A model generated the notes under the pieces. That model saw only the letters and a list, made by a program, of their open reading frames with translations. It did not search any database and was not told where the DNA came from. The position numbers and the translations under genes are program-made. Of a DNA stretch of 64,000 nt, positions 1 to 9,126 are shown piece by piece (position 1 is the stretch's first letter; every line of letters starts with the position of its first letter). Source of the DNA: a bacterium (lineage in GTDB: Bacteria; Patescibacteriota; Patescibacteriia; SBBB01); assembly GCA_005239895.1 (NCBI GenBank), contig SBBB01000027.1, positions 376 to 64,375 of the forward strand. The letters run 5' to 3'.

Positions 1-774
1 ATTATTTCTAAAGCTATTGAATCTGTTTTAGGTCAATCAGTTGCAGATTGGGAATTAATTATTATTGATGATGATTCTTCAGATGATACTGAGTTGATTA
101 TTTCGCAATATATCAAACAGGATTCCAGAATAGTCTATCTAAAAATGAATAAAAAAAATAATCTGCAATCTCTAATTAATTTTGGACTCCAAGCAGCTAA
201 AGGGCAATATATAGCCAGAATTGACGATGACGATGTTTGGATAAATAAAGACAAACTTAAGAAACAAATCAACTATCTAGACAACAATCCAGAATGTAAA
301 CTAATAGGCTCTTGGGCTGTAGTTATTAATCAAGAAGATAAGGAGCTTTTTTATTACGATCTACCTTCCACTGATCAAGAAATTAGGAAACATATATTAT
401 TAAGAAATTTTTTTATTAACTCTAGTGTTGTTTTTGAAACCGAGGGTGCCCGCTTGGTTAATGGTTTTGACGAACAATTAAGTCTTAGCGGTGATTATGA
501 CATGTGGTTAAAATTAGGGAAATTAGGTAAATTATATATATGGCCAGAATATTTGACAGCCTTAAGATATGATGACAACAACCTTAGAAAGAAAAGAATT
601 ATTAGGACTAATGATTCATTACAAATCATTAGGAAATACCGCGATGCTTATCCTGGTTTTTATGTTTCTTTACTGGCCAACTATTTAAAATTAATTTATC
701 TTTTTGTTATGAGAATTGGTGTTATTGATAAATTTTTATATAGACTTAGAGTGCAGCGCAATTTTAAGTTATAA
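1..774 (+). CDS. glycosyltransferase family 2 (5' end truncated by window edge)
   Basis: Frame is open from nt 1 in the same frame as ORF 94..774. N-terminal GT2 signature (..LIIIDDDSSDDT..) and ARIDDDDVW motif present. Confidence 0.7.
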   Translation: MISKAIESVLGQSVADWELIIIDDDSSDDTELIISQYIKQDSRIVYLKMNKKNNLQSLINFGLQAAKGQYIARIDDDDVWINKDKLKKQINYLDNNPECKLIGSWAVVINQEDKELFYYDLPSTDQEIRKHILLRNFFINSSVVFETEGARLVNGFDEQLSLSGDYDMWLKLGKLGKLYIWPEYLTALRYDDNNLRKKRIIRTNDSLQIIRKYRDAYPGFYVSLLANYLKLIYLFVMRIGVIDKFLYRLRVQRNFKL

Positions 775-811
775 AATACAGGCTATTATTAGGTGTTTTA
801 ATATTGCAATT

Positions 812-2446
812 ATGTCTAAAAAGCAAAGAAAATATATTTTTGTGGTGGGAGGAGTTTTATCAGGCGTTGGTAAGGGAATAACCTCCGCTTCACTGGCCCT
901 TATTTTAAAATCAACCGGACTAAAAGTAACCGTACTTAAAATTGATCCTTATATTAATGTGGATGCTGGAACCATGAATCCTATTGAACATGGCGAGGTT
1001 TTTGTAACGGATGACGGAGATGAGACAGACCAAGATATTGGTAATTATGAGCGTTTTTTAAATACAGATTTAGGAGCTATAAATTATATGACAACCGGGA
1101 GAGTTTATTCTAGTGTCATTAATAATGAGCGATCCATGAAATATGGAGGTAAATGTGTTGAAGTTGTTCCGCATATTCCCGAAGAAGTGATTAAGCGTGT
1201 TCGTTTTGCTGCTGATCATTATGACGCGGATGTAACTATTATAGAAGTGGGTGGTACGGTGGGAGAGTATCAAAATATTTTATTTTTAGAAGCTGTGCGT
1301 ATAATGAAATTTAGTAATCCTTCTAGTGTTGCTACGGTATTAGTAAGTTATTTGCCTGTTCCCGAGCATCTGGGAGAAATGAAAACCAAACCCACTCAGC
1401 AAGCTGCTCGTTTACTGTATTCAGCTGGTATTAGTATGGATATGATTATAGCTAGGGGACACGCGCATTTAGATCAGCCCCGTTGTAATAAATTAGCGAT
1501 TGCAACCGGAGTGCATCCGAATTATATTTTTTCAGCGCCAGATGTTAAATCTATTTATGAATTACCATTAGTTTTAGATGAACAGGGAGTGGTTCCTAAA
1601 TTATTAAAGTTATTAAAATTAAGATTATATCCAAGCAAATTGGATGCTTGGAAATCTTTTGTAAAGCGTATTAAAAATAGTAAAAAAACAGCGCGTATTG
1701 CTGTGATTGGTAAATATTTTAGTACAGGCAATTATACTTTATCAGATTCATATATTTCCGTTATTGAAGCTGTGCGTCATGCTGCGTGGTATTATAACGC
1801 GCAAACAGTTTTAACTTGGTTGGATTCTGAAGTTTATGAAAAAAATCCAAACGCATTGCAAGATTTAAAAAATTACGATGGTATTATTGTTCCGGGCGGC
1901 TTTGGAACCCGTGGTATTGAAGGAATAATTCAAGCTATTAGTTTTGCTCGTAAGAATAAAATTCCATATTTAGGATTATGTTATGGTATGCAATTAGCAG
2001 TGGTAGAATTTTGTCGTAATGAGTTGGGACTAGAAGGTGCTCATACTAAAGAAATTAATAAAAAGACCAAACATCCTGTGATTGATATTAATCCTTATCA
2101 ATCTAAAAATGTAAATGCTGGACGCTATGGTGGCACCATGCGTTTGGGAGCTTATCAGTGTGAATTAAAAAAGGGGAGTTTAACTGCGAAAGCTTATGGT
2201 GCATTACAGATTTCAGAAAGGCATCGTCATCGTTATGAATTTAATAATAAATATCGCGAGCAAATCGAAACGTGTGGCATGAGTATTGTAGGCGTGAACA
2301 CCGAATCCAATTTAGTTGAAATTATTGAAATATCAGATCATCCGTTTTTTGTGGGTACTCAATTTCATCCGGAATTCAAATCGCGGCCTTTAAACCCGCA
2401 CCCTTTATTTAGAGAATTTATTAAAAAAGCCTTAGTGTTGCGTTAA
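812..2446 (+). CDS. pyrG: CTP synthase
   Basis: MSKKQRKYIFVVGGVLSGVGKGI N-terminus, synthetase domain, and C-terminal glutamine amidotransferase (GLCYGMQ, HPEF). ATG at 812 chosen inside the longer track ORF. Confidence 0.95.
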   Translation: MSKKQRKYIFVVGGVLSGVGKGITSASLALILKSTGLKVTVLKIDPYINVDAGTMNPIEHGEVFVTDDGDETDQDIGNYERFLNTDLGAINYMTTGRVYSSVINNERSMKYGGKCVEVVPHIPEEVIKRVRFAADHYDADVTIIEVGGTVGEYQNILFLEAVRIMKFSNPSSVATVLVSYLPVPEHLGEMKTKPTQQAARLLYSAGISMDMIIARGHAHLDQPRCNKLAIATGVHPNYIFSAPDVKSIYELPLVLDEQGVVPKLLKLLKLRLYPSKLDAWKSFVKRIKNSKKTARIAVIGKYFSTGNYTLSDSYISVIEAVRHAAWYYNAQTVLTWLDSEVYEKNPNALQDLKNYDGIIVPGGFGTRGIEGIIQAISFARKNKIPYLGLCYGMQLAVVEFCRNELGLEGAHTKEINKKTKHPVIDINPYQSKNVNAGRYGGTMRLGAYQCELKKGSLTAKAYGALQISERHRHRYEFNNKYREQIETCGMSIVGVNTESNLVEIIEISDHPFFVGTQFHPEFKSRPLNPHPLFREFIKKALVLR

Positions 2447-2457
2447 TTTGTAGTACT

Positions 2458-2496
2458 ACTTAGTCGCCTTGCCACTAAGTCGCCTTGCCACTAAGT
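2458..2496. repeat. REP-like hairpin, two tandem copies of CGCCTTGCCACTAAGT (ACTTAGT-loop-ACTAAGT stem)
   Basis: Directly visible tandem unit immediately 3' of pyrG. The same 23-nt hairpin recurs at 15828, 47707 and 50233. Confidence 0.7.
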
Positions 2497-2593
2497 AGAT
2501 TACACAAGGTGGATATATATTATTGCCCCACCGTCACATTTTATGCTAATATACCAAGTATTAAATCATTAAATCATTGAATCATTATTTAAT

Positions 2594-3973
2594 ATGTTAC
2601 AAAATGCAAAACAGGTTTTAGTAGTTTTATTTATTATAAGTGTGTTAGTTATTGGAATTGCTGGAAGAGAAACATTTGCATCTTCTCATCATCTTAAAGC
2701 ATCCGAAAAAATAGTTCAAAACATGATGGAGAAGTATTCTAAAATTAATTCTTTAGAGTACTCAGGAGAATTAAAAGCGCAAACTAAGGGTCATGATGCG
2801 AGCAATTTTGTGCTTAATTTTAATGGGATGTCGGATGACAAAGATGTAAAAAATATTAAAGGGGTGTTGTCCTTGAATATTGCCGCTGATCAGGCATCTA
2901 GGGGTGAATCTGCTGATGAACCTACTAAGAAGAAATTTAATTTAGGATTAGATATAAGGTTTGTTAACAAAATAGTTTACGTAAGGCTGAATAATATCGA
3001 TATTCCCTCTTTTGGTAAATCTAAAGACAAAGAAATTTCCGAGATTACTAGTCTAAAAAATCAGTGGATTAAAATTGATATTGAAGCTTTAGCAAAATCT
3101 CCAGAACTAAAAGAATTAGGTTTAGATATAAAATTTAAAGAAGCGGAAAAACAAACCGAACTATCACCAGAACGGGTTAAAAAATTAGAGGAGGTTTTTA
3201 AACAGGCAAGAATTTTTAAAGTCGTAAAAAGATTTTCTGATAAAACCATTAATAATATACCAACTTACCATTTTAAATTTGAATTTGATAAAAATGGCAT
3301 AATAGAACTAATAGCTGGTATTTCAGAGGTTATGTTCGATAAAGAATCTGGAGAGGCAAAAATGGAGAGAGGAGAAATGCTTAAAGTGTATAGTAGGAAT
3401 TTTCAAGATATAAAACTTCCTAAGGGAGAGATTTGGATAGGTAAAAAGGATTTATTACCGCATAAAATTTATTTTGGTGTTAGGCCCAAGGTTGCTGTAA
3501 AAAGCGAGTTATCTACTAGGTATGATTTTACTCTTTTATTTAAAAATTTTAATAAACCAGTTCAGGTTGATGTTCCAGCTAATACTAAATCACTAGAAGA
3601 TATTATTGGTCCTAAACTTGCTGACGCCAGGCAAAAATCGCGCGATGCTAAACGCGTAGCTGATATGAAACAATTACAAACAGCTTTAGAGCTTTATTTT
3701 ACTGAAAAAAATGATTATCCACCTACGGCTGTTATAGATGATGGTGATCCAAAAAATACTCCTTTAAAATTATCTACTGGTAATGGTTTTTCTACTGTTG
3801 CTTCAGGTACAACAAATATGGAGTTTGTTCCAGAAAATCCGCAACCCAATGGCATACCGTATGTTTATAACAGACTAAGTCCAACAGATTTCACTATAGA
3901 TTTTAGTCTTGAAAAAGGTTTCGGAAATTTGTCAGCCGGACATCATGTTACCACTTCGGGTGGTATTAGGTAA
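2594..3973 (+). CDS. hypothetical membrane-anchored protein with C-terminal type IV pilin-like globular segment
   Basis: N-terminal TM helix. C-terminal ...ARQKSRDAKRVADMKQLQTALELYFTEKNDYP... matches the conserved post-helix region of type IV pilins/pseudopilins. Confidence 0.5.
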   Translation: MLQNAKQVLVVLFIISVLVIGIAGRETFASSHHLKASEKIVQNMMEKYSKINSLEYSGELKAQTKGHDASNFVLNFNGMSDDKDVKNIKGVLSLNIAADQASRGESADEPTKKKFNLGLDIRFVNKIVYVRLNNIDIPSFGKSKDKEISEITSLKNQWIKIDIEALAKSPELKELGLDIKFKEAEKQTELSPERVKKLEEVFKQARIFKVVKRFSDKTINNIPTYHFKFEFDKNGIIELIAGISEVMFDKESGEAKMERGEMLKVYSRNFQDIKLPKGEIWIGKKDLLPHKIYFGVRPKVAVKSELSTRYDFTLLFKNFNKPVQVDVPANTKSLEDIIGPKLADARQKSRDAKRVADMKQLQTALELYFTEKNDYPPTAVIDDGDPKNTPLKLSTGNGFSTVASGTTNMEFVPENPQPNGIPYVYNRLSPTDFTIDFSLEKGFGNLSAGHHVTTSGGIR

Positions 3974-4005
3974 TATTAGTAGAAAGTCGAAGATTGCTAA
4001 TTTTC

Positions 4006-4156
4006 TTGTCATCCCCGACCTGATCGGGGATCCAGATTATGATTAAGCGTGCACGTTCCTGGATTCCCGTTTTCACGGGAATGACAGAAAAAAACTTGTC
4101 ATTCTCAAGTCCGTTCGGACATGAATGTCCTCAGGATCACGACCAGAGGATGACAA
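4006..4156. repeat. MITE-like GC-rich palindromic element (copy 1)
   Basis: Terminal inverted repeats TTGTCATCC ... GGATGACAA. Internal hairpins ATCCCCGA-N6-CGGGGAT and ATTCCCGT-TTTC-ACGGGAAT (ATTCCC-N8-GGGAAT type). Shares GCGTGCAC and GGATTCCCG modules with the copies at 38757 and 55538. Confidence 0.65.
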
Positions 4157-4174
4157 ATGAGCATTAAATAAAAT

Positions 4175-4199
4175 CACTTAGTAGCGAAACTACTAAGTG
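4175..4199. terminator. hairpin CACTTAGTAG-CGAAA-CTACTAAGTG between convergent genes
   Basis: 10-bp perfect stem between the 3' ends of the 2594..3973 (+) and 4316..4618 (-) genes. Candidate bidirectional terminator. Confidence 0.35.
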
Positions 4200-4315
4200 A
4201 ATGTAATGTTTAATCCCCACGGCATTGAATCGTGGGGATTGTGTTTAATTATAATATTTTGATTGATAGTGTTAATCAATACTGTTGTTTGTTAGGAGTA
4301 GATTTTCTGTATAAT

Positions 4316-4618
4316 TTAGATAGACTTAGATTTGGTCATTTCTTGTTTTGCTTTTTCATAGTCACTGAAGAATCCCCATGGATCTGCCTTAGGTCCTTTA
4401 TGGCCATATCCGCATACTAAAATTACGCGGTCTCCTGCTTTGGGATTATTTTGCAATTTTTCGTCGCAGAATTCTGGTGCAACCTTGCCAGCTTTTATCT
4501 TTCGACCATCATTAAAGTGATAAAAAATATCTTTACCGCTGTCATTAATAGTTATGTATCCAAAACCCCTATCACGAAAGGTTTTAATAGTACCGACTTT
4601 CATTATAGTCTTTTTCAT
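4316..4618 (-). CDS. cold-shock domain-containing protein
   Basis: MKVGTIKTFRDRGFGYI..DSGKDIFYHFND resembles the CspA RNP1/RNP2 region. C-terminal extension unknown. Confidence 0.5.
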   Translation of the reverse strand: MKKTIMKVGTIKTFRDRGFGYITINDSGKDIFYHFNDGRKIKAGKVAPEFCDEKLQNNPKAGDRVILVCGYGHKGPKADPWGFFSDYEKAKQEMTKSKSI

Positions 4619-4990
4619 TGTAATCCTCCTGTTTATTATACTATCTTACTATGAATAATATATGATCTACAAAGATTAATGTCAACTTACATGAGATCTG
4701 TATATGTATGTTTGATATAACATATGCTATGTTGGTTTTAGGATCGATTTAAATCAATGCTCTTGCCAATAAATTCTATCTGTTTTATGATATAAGTAAT
4801 CCTTAAATTTTAGTAAAACAAGTAATATGTTATATATTTGGACGGATTGTGTTTGTGATAGTGCCTAATCTAGGCCTATATTTGGGCTATATTTAGCCTT
4901 TATTTTAGGTTTAGTACATAAAATTAACATTATTTGCTTACAATTTAATTTTTTAATTTTTCATTTGCTAATTTAAGGGTTCATAATCAT

Positions 4991-6523
4991 ATGAACCAAT
5001 TTAGTGTATTTATAATTTTATTAGAAGTTTTAGTGGGTATAGTTTGTTTTTGGGTTGGTTATTTAATACGTAAGTATAAAAATGAAAGGGATATTAATTC
5101 CGCTAGTTTGCGCTCGGAGCAAATTATTTTGGATACTAAACAACAATCACAGACTATGTTGGACGACGCTCACACCAAAGTCGAAAAACTTTTGGGTTCA
5201 GCTAAAAGTGAGTCGGATAAAATTTTGAGCGGAGCTATAAGCAAACAAAGAGAGCTGGAACAGCGCGAAAGATCGTTTAGTGATCAAATGCTTAAATTTC
5301 AAGATAGGCAACAAGAGTTATATAATAAAAATATTGTTTTAGAAAAAGAGTTGTTGGACGTTAAACAGAGCAAACTCAAACAACAAGCAGAATTAGAGAG
5401 AATTAGCGGTTTGAATCAAGAAAGCGCCAAGGCTTTACTTTTAGAAAATGTGGAGCGTCAGTGTCAGGAAGATTTATTAGGTAAGCTAAAGAAAATAGAA
5501 ACTAATGCTGAAAGTGTTTTAGCGGCTAAAGCTCAAAATATTTTAATTAACGCTGTTCAAAGATGCGCCATGTCTAATGTGTCTGAAATTACTTCTACTA
5601 CATTTGTTTTGCCATCGGATGAAATAAAAGGAAAGATTATTGGAAAAGAAGGCCGAAATATTAAAACCATTGAACATTTAACAGGCGTAGATTTAATCAT
5701 AGACGATACTCCGGGAGTTATTATTATTTCCGGATTTAGTCCGGTGCGCAGACATATTGCTAAACGTGCTTTAGAAAAATTAGTTTCCGATGGCAGAATT
5801 CATCCGGCTCGAATTGAAGAAGTTATTGCGGAAGCTAAAAAAACTATTACCAATGAAATTATTAAAGCTGGGGAAGACGCGCTTGCTGAATTAGAAATTA
5901 GTGGCATTGATCCTAAATTAGTGCAGATTTTAGGGCGCTTAAAGTTTCGTACTAGTTATGGACAAAATGTTTTACAGCATTCCATGGAGGTTGCTTATTT
6001 AGCTAAATTGTTAGCTGAGGAATTAAAAATTGATCCTAAGGCTGCTGCCCTAGGCGGATTATTTCATGATATTGGAAAAACCGTTGATCACGATGTGCCG
6101 GGCGCTCACACGGTTTTGGGTTATGAAATTATGAAAAGATATGGTTTCCCTGAAGAGATTGCTTATATGGCCATTGCTCATCACGAAGATAGTCCCAAAA
6201 CTTTATTGGGCATAGTTGTTAAAACCGCTGACTCTATTTCTGGTGGTCGTCCTGGAGCTAGGGGAGATACGCGCGAAAATTACATTCAACGTTTAACAGC
6301 TTTAGAGCAGTTGGCTGGAGAATTTTCAGGCGTGTCGCATACTTACGCTATTCAGGCTGGAAGAGAATTAAGGGTGTTTGTTACTCCGGAAGAAATTAAT
6401 GATTTAGAGGCTTTTAAATTAGCGCAAGATATTGCGCGTAAAATAGAGCGCAGTTTAAAGTATCCTGGTGATATTAAAGTTACCATTATTAGAGAAACTC
6501 GCATTACGGAATACGCTCGTTAA
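4991..6523 (+). CDS. rny: ribonuclease Y
   Basis: N-terminal TM, coiled-coil, KH domain (GKIIGKEGRNIKTIEHLTG), HD domain (LFHDIGK). Confidence 0.95.
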   Translation: MNQFSVFIILLEVLVGIVCFWVGYLIRKYKNERDINSASLRSEQIILDTKQQSQTMLDDAHTKVEKLLGSAKSESDKILSGAISKQRELEQRERSFSDQMLKFQDRQQELYNKNIVLEKELLDVKQSKLKQQAELERISGLNQESAKALLLENVERQCQEDLLGKLKKIETNAESVLAAKAQNILINAVQRCAMSNVSEITSTTFVLPSDEIKGKIIGKEGRNIKTIEHLTGVDLIIDDTPGVIIISGFSPVRRHIAKRALEKLVSDGRIHPARIEEVIAEAKKTITNEIIKAGEDALAELEISGIDPKLVQILGRLKFRTSYGQNVLQHSMEVAYLAKLLAEELKIDPKAAALGGLFHDIGKTVDHDVPGAHTVLGYEIMKRYGFPEEIAYMAIAHHEDSPKTLLGIVVKTADSISGGRPGARGDTRENYIQRLTALEQLAGEFSGVSHTYAIQAGRELRVFVTPEEINDLEAFKLAQDIARKIERSLKYPGDIKVTIIRETRITEYAR

Positions 6524-6527
6524 TTTT

Positions 6528-7331
6528 ATGCTAAAAGTTATTATATTTGGTGATTTGATGGGCAAACCTAGTCGTAAAGCCCTGCGCATGATTTTACCAG
6601 ATATTAAAAAAGAATATCAGCCAAATTTAATTGTTGCTAATGTTGAAAATTTAACGCACGGTTCGGGAGTGAGTCCGGAAGCACTTAAGGAAATATCAGA
6701 ATGTGGTGTGAATTTTTTCACTTCTGGCAATCATGTTTGGAATCGAAAAAAGGATATTTATAATATTTTTCAAGAAAATAAAATTGATATTTTGCGCCCG
6801 GCTAATTATCCTCCTGGCGTGTCCGGAGTCGGATATAAAGTAATAAGTATTGACCAATATACTATATTAATGATAAATTTAATAGGAAGGGTTGGTATGT
6901 ATCAAAGTTTTGATTGCCCTTTTCGTGCTTTAGATGCTATATTAACTGAACATAAAGGTATGAAATTCAATGCTATATTGGTTGATTTTCATGCTGAGGC
7001 TACCTCGGAAAAGGTGGCTTTGGGGCATTACGCTAGTGGAAGAGTAACAGCTGTTTACGGAACTCATACTCATGTGCCTACAGCTGATGCTCATATTTTT
7101 TCTAATGGCACAGCGTATGTTACGGACATTGGAATGGTGGGACTTAAGGATTCGGTTATTGGGGTTGATAAAGTTAATATTATTAAAACCTTTTTAACTC
7201 AAATAAAAGAAGAACATATCATACCCGATAATGGTTTAGTTACTGTTAATGCCATTTATTTAACAGTTGATCCTGCAACTGGTAAAGCTCTAGATATTCA
7301 AAGAATACAGAAAGAAGTTTTAGTGTCTTAG
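6528..7331 (+). CDS. ymdB: YmdB-family 2',3'-cyclic-nucleotide phosphodiesterase (metallophosphoesterase)
   Basis: MLKVIIFGDLMGKPSRKAL ... GNHVWN ... motifs. Directly downstream of rny, as in Bacillus. ATG at 6528. Confidence 0.85.
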   Translation: MLKVIIFGDLMGKPSRKALRMILPDIKKEYQPNLIVANVENLTHGSGVSPEALKEISECGVNFFTSGNHVWNRKKDIYNIFQENKIDILRPANYPPGVSGVGYKVISIDQYTILMINLIGRVGMYQSFDCPFRALDAILTEHKGMKFNAILVDFHAEATSEKVALGHYASGRVTAVYGTHTHVPTADAHIFSNGTAYVTDIGMVGLKDSVIGVDKVNIIKTFLTQIKEEHIIPDNGLVTVNAIYLTVDPATGKALDIQRIQKEVLVS

Positions 7332-7420
7332 TTGAAGATTTTAGTAATACGGTTAAGCTGAATTTGCTTTTAATATTTTATGGGTCGAGTTTTATTTAAT
7401 AAATTGAGAGGGGGTGACAT

Positions 7421-7696
7421 ATGAATAAATTAGAATTAATAGAAACAACCGCCACAGCTACGAATTTACAGAAAAAACAAGTTGAAAATGTTTTAGAAGT
7501 TATTATTGCTACAATTGTGTCAACCTTAAAATCAGGCGGAGATGTGGCTTTAACAGGATTCGGTACGTTTACAACTTCTAAAAGAGCTGCTCGTATGGGA
7601 ATCAATCCCCAAAAGCCTGGAACTAAAATTCACATTGCGGCTCGTACGGTTCCAAAATTCAAGCCTGGCAAGGGTTTAAAAGAAGCTGTTAAGTAA
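7421..7696 (+). CDS. hup: DNA-binding protein HU
   Basis: 91 aa. MNKLELIE ... GFGTF ... RTVPKFKPGK arm. AGAGGGGG RBS 8 nt upstream. Confidence 0.9.
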   Translation: MNKLELIETTATATNLQKKQVENVLEVIIATIVSTLKSGGDVALTGFGTFTTSKRAARMGINPQKPGTKIHIAARTVPKFKPGKGLKEAVK

Positions 7697-7714
7697 ATTC
7701 ATAATTTTCATTTA

Positions 7715-7779
7715 TTGTCCCTCATATTTATCTCGTTGTAATAATTTTATATAGAGATAAACATGAGGGACAATTTTTG
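7715..7779 (+). terminator. rho-independent terminator after hup
   Basis: 20-bp stem TTGTCCCTCATATTTATCTC / GAGATAAACATGAGGGACAA (19/20 paired) followed by TTTTTG. Confidence 0.65.
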
Positions 7780-7922
7780 TAAAAATTTTATCTGAAACAC
7801 ATTTGTCCAGAATTTTTTATCCAGAATGAGGTGACGGATACAAACCCTTGCTTTTATTGGTAGTATAGTATATAATATATTACTGTTGCTAATGTAATTA
7901 TTTTGGGTTATATACTAAATAT

Positions 7923-9077
7923 ATGGATACTTTTAATGATTTATTAAAACAAGGGAAAAACGACTATCTTCAGGTGGGAGATGTTGTGAATGGTCAAGTT
8001 ATTTCTATCAGTAAATCTGAGGTTAAATTAGATTTGGATAGATTTAATATTGGTGTTATTCGCGGCAGAGAATTGTGGGGCGCGGTAGTTGATTTTAAAA
8101 ATGTGCATTGTGGAGATATGCAGAAGGTTGTGGTTTTAGATATTGATAATGAACGCGGAGAAATAGAATTAGGATGCAATGTTGATCAATACTTGCAATC
8201 TTCAGATTCTGCAGGTGCTTCAAATACGAATGGATCTAGCAGACCAGCTAGCAATGAAAAAGTTTTAGTAACCGTTACCGGAGCTAATCGTGGTGGCTTG
8301 TTAATTAAATTAAATAATTTAAGCGGATTTTTACCAGCTTCTCAACTTTCTCAAAAACATTATCCTCGCGTGGAAGCATCTAATAAAGATAAAATTTTAG
8401 AAAAATTAAATGATTTAGTTGGTAAAAAAATATATGTTCAGGTTTTGAATGTTCAAGATGACACTTTAATTGTTTCCGAAAAAAATATTGAAGATATAGA
8501 ATATTTGGAGAAAGTTAAACAATATCAGATCGGTCAAATTGTAGAAGGTGAAATTTGCGCGGTAGCGGAATTTGGCGTGTTTATAAAATTTGATGGAAAT
8601 ATGGAAGGTTTGATTCATATTTCTGAATTAACCTGGCAAAGAGTTGACCGTTTAGAGGACATTTTTAAAGTAGGTGATAAAATTAAAGCTGCGGTTTTGA
8701 ATATTGATGAGTTTAAAATATTTTTATCAGCCAAGGCTTTATTAATCGATCCCTGGGAAAATATAAATACTAAATATAATATTGGGCAGTCTGTACAAGG
8801 CAAAATAGTTAAAATTAATCCCTTTGGGTTGTTTGTTGAATTAGATCCTGAAATTCAGGGGTTGGCACACGTGTCTGAATTAGCCAATAGCAATGATATT
8901 AAGGTTGGAGATGTGCTTGATTTTACAATAATTACTATGAATCCTAAAGAGCACCGTTTAGGGCTTAGCGCTGTGTCTAAAACCAAAAACGAGAAAAAAA
9001 ATGAAGAAAATAAACCCGAACAACCAGTTGAGCAATTAGTTGAGCAATCAGTTGAAGAATTAAAACTTAATAGTTAA
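7923..9077 (+). CDS. S1 RNA-binding domain protein (ribosomal protein S1-like, multiple S1 repeats)
   Basis: Repeated S1 motifs GQIVEGEICAVAEFGVFIKF...GLIHISEL and GQSVQGKIVKINPFGLFVEL..GLAHVSEL. Confidence 0.65.
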   Translation: MDTFNDLLKQGKNDYLQVGDVVNGQVISISKSEVKLDLDRFNIGVIRGRELWGAVVDFKNVHCGDMQKVVVLDIDNERGEIELGCNVDQYLQSSDSAGASNTNGSSRPASNEKVLVTVTGANRGGLLIKLNNLSGFLPASQLSQKHYPRVEASNKDKILEKLNDLVGKKIYVQVLNVQDDTLIVSEKNIEDIEYLEKVKQYQIGQIVEGEICAVAEFGVFIKFDGNMEGLIHISELTWQRVDRLEDIFKVGDKIKAAVLNIDEFKIFLSAKALLIDPWENINTKYNIGQSVQGKIVKINPFGLFVELDPEIQGLAHVSELANSNDIKVGDVLDFTIITMNPKEHRLGLSAVSKTKNEKKNEENKPEQPVEQLVEQSVEELKLNS

Positions 9078-9126
9078 ATATTAGGTTTTTTGATACTTTC
9101 TACTTTCTACTTTTAACTTTATTATT

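Noticed and set aside
7850-7922. Promoter upstream of the S1-domain gene (TATAAT-like at about 7872)
   Set aside because: AT-rich background makes TATAAT-like hexamers frequent; no convincing -35. Not reported as a feature.
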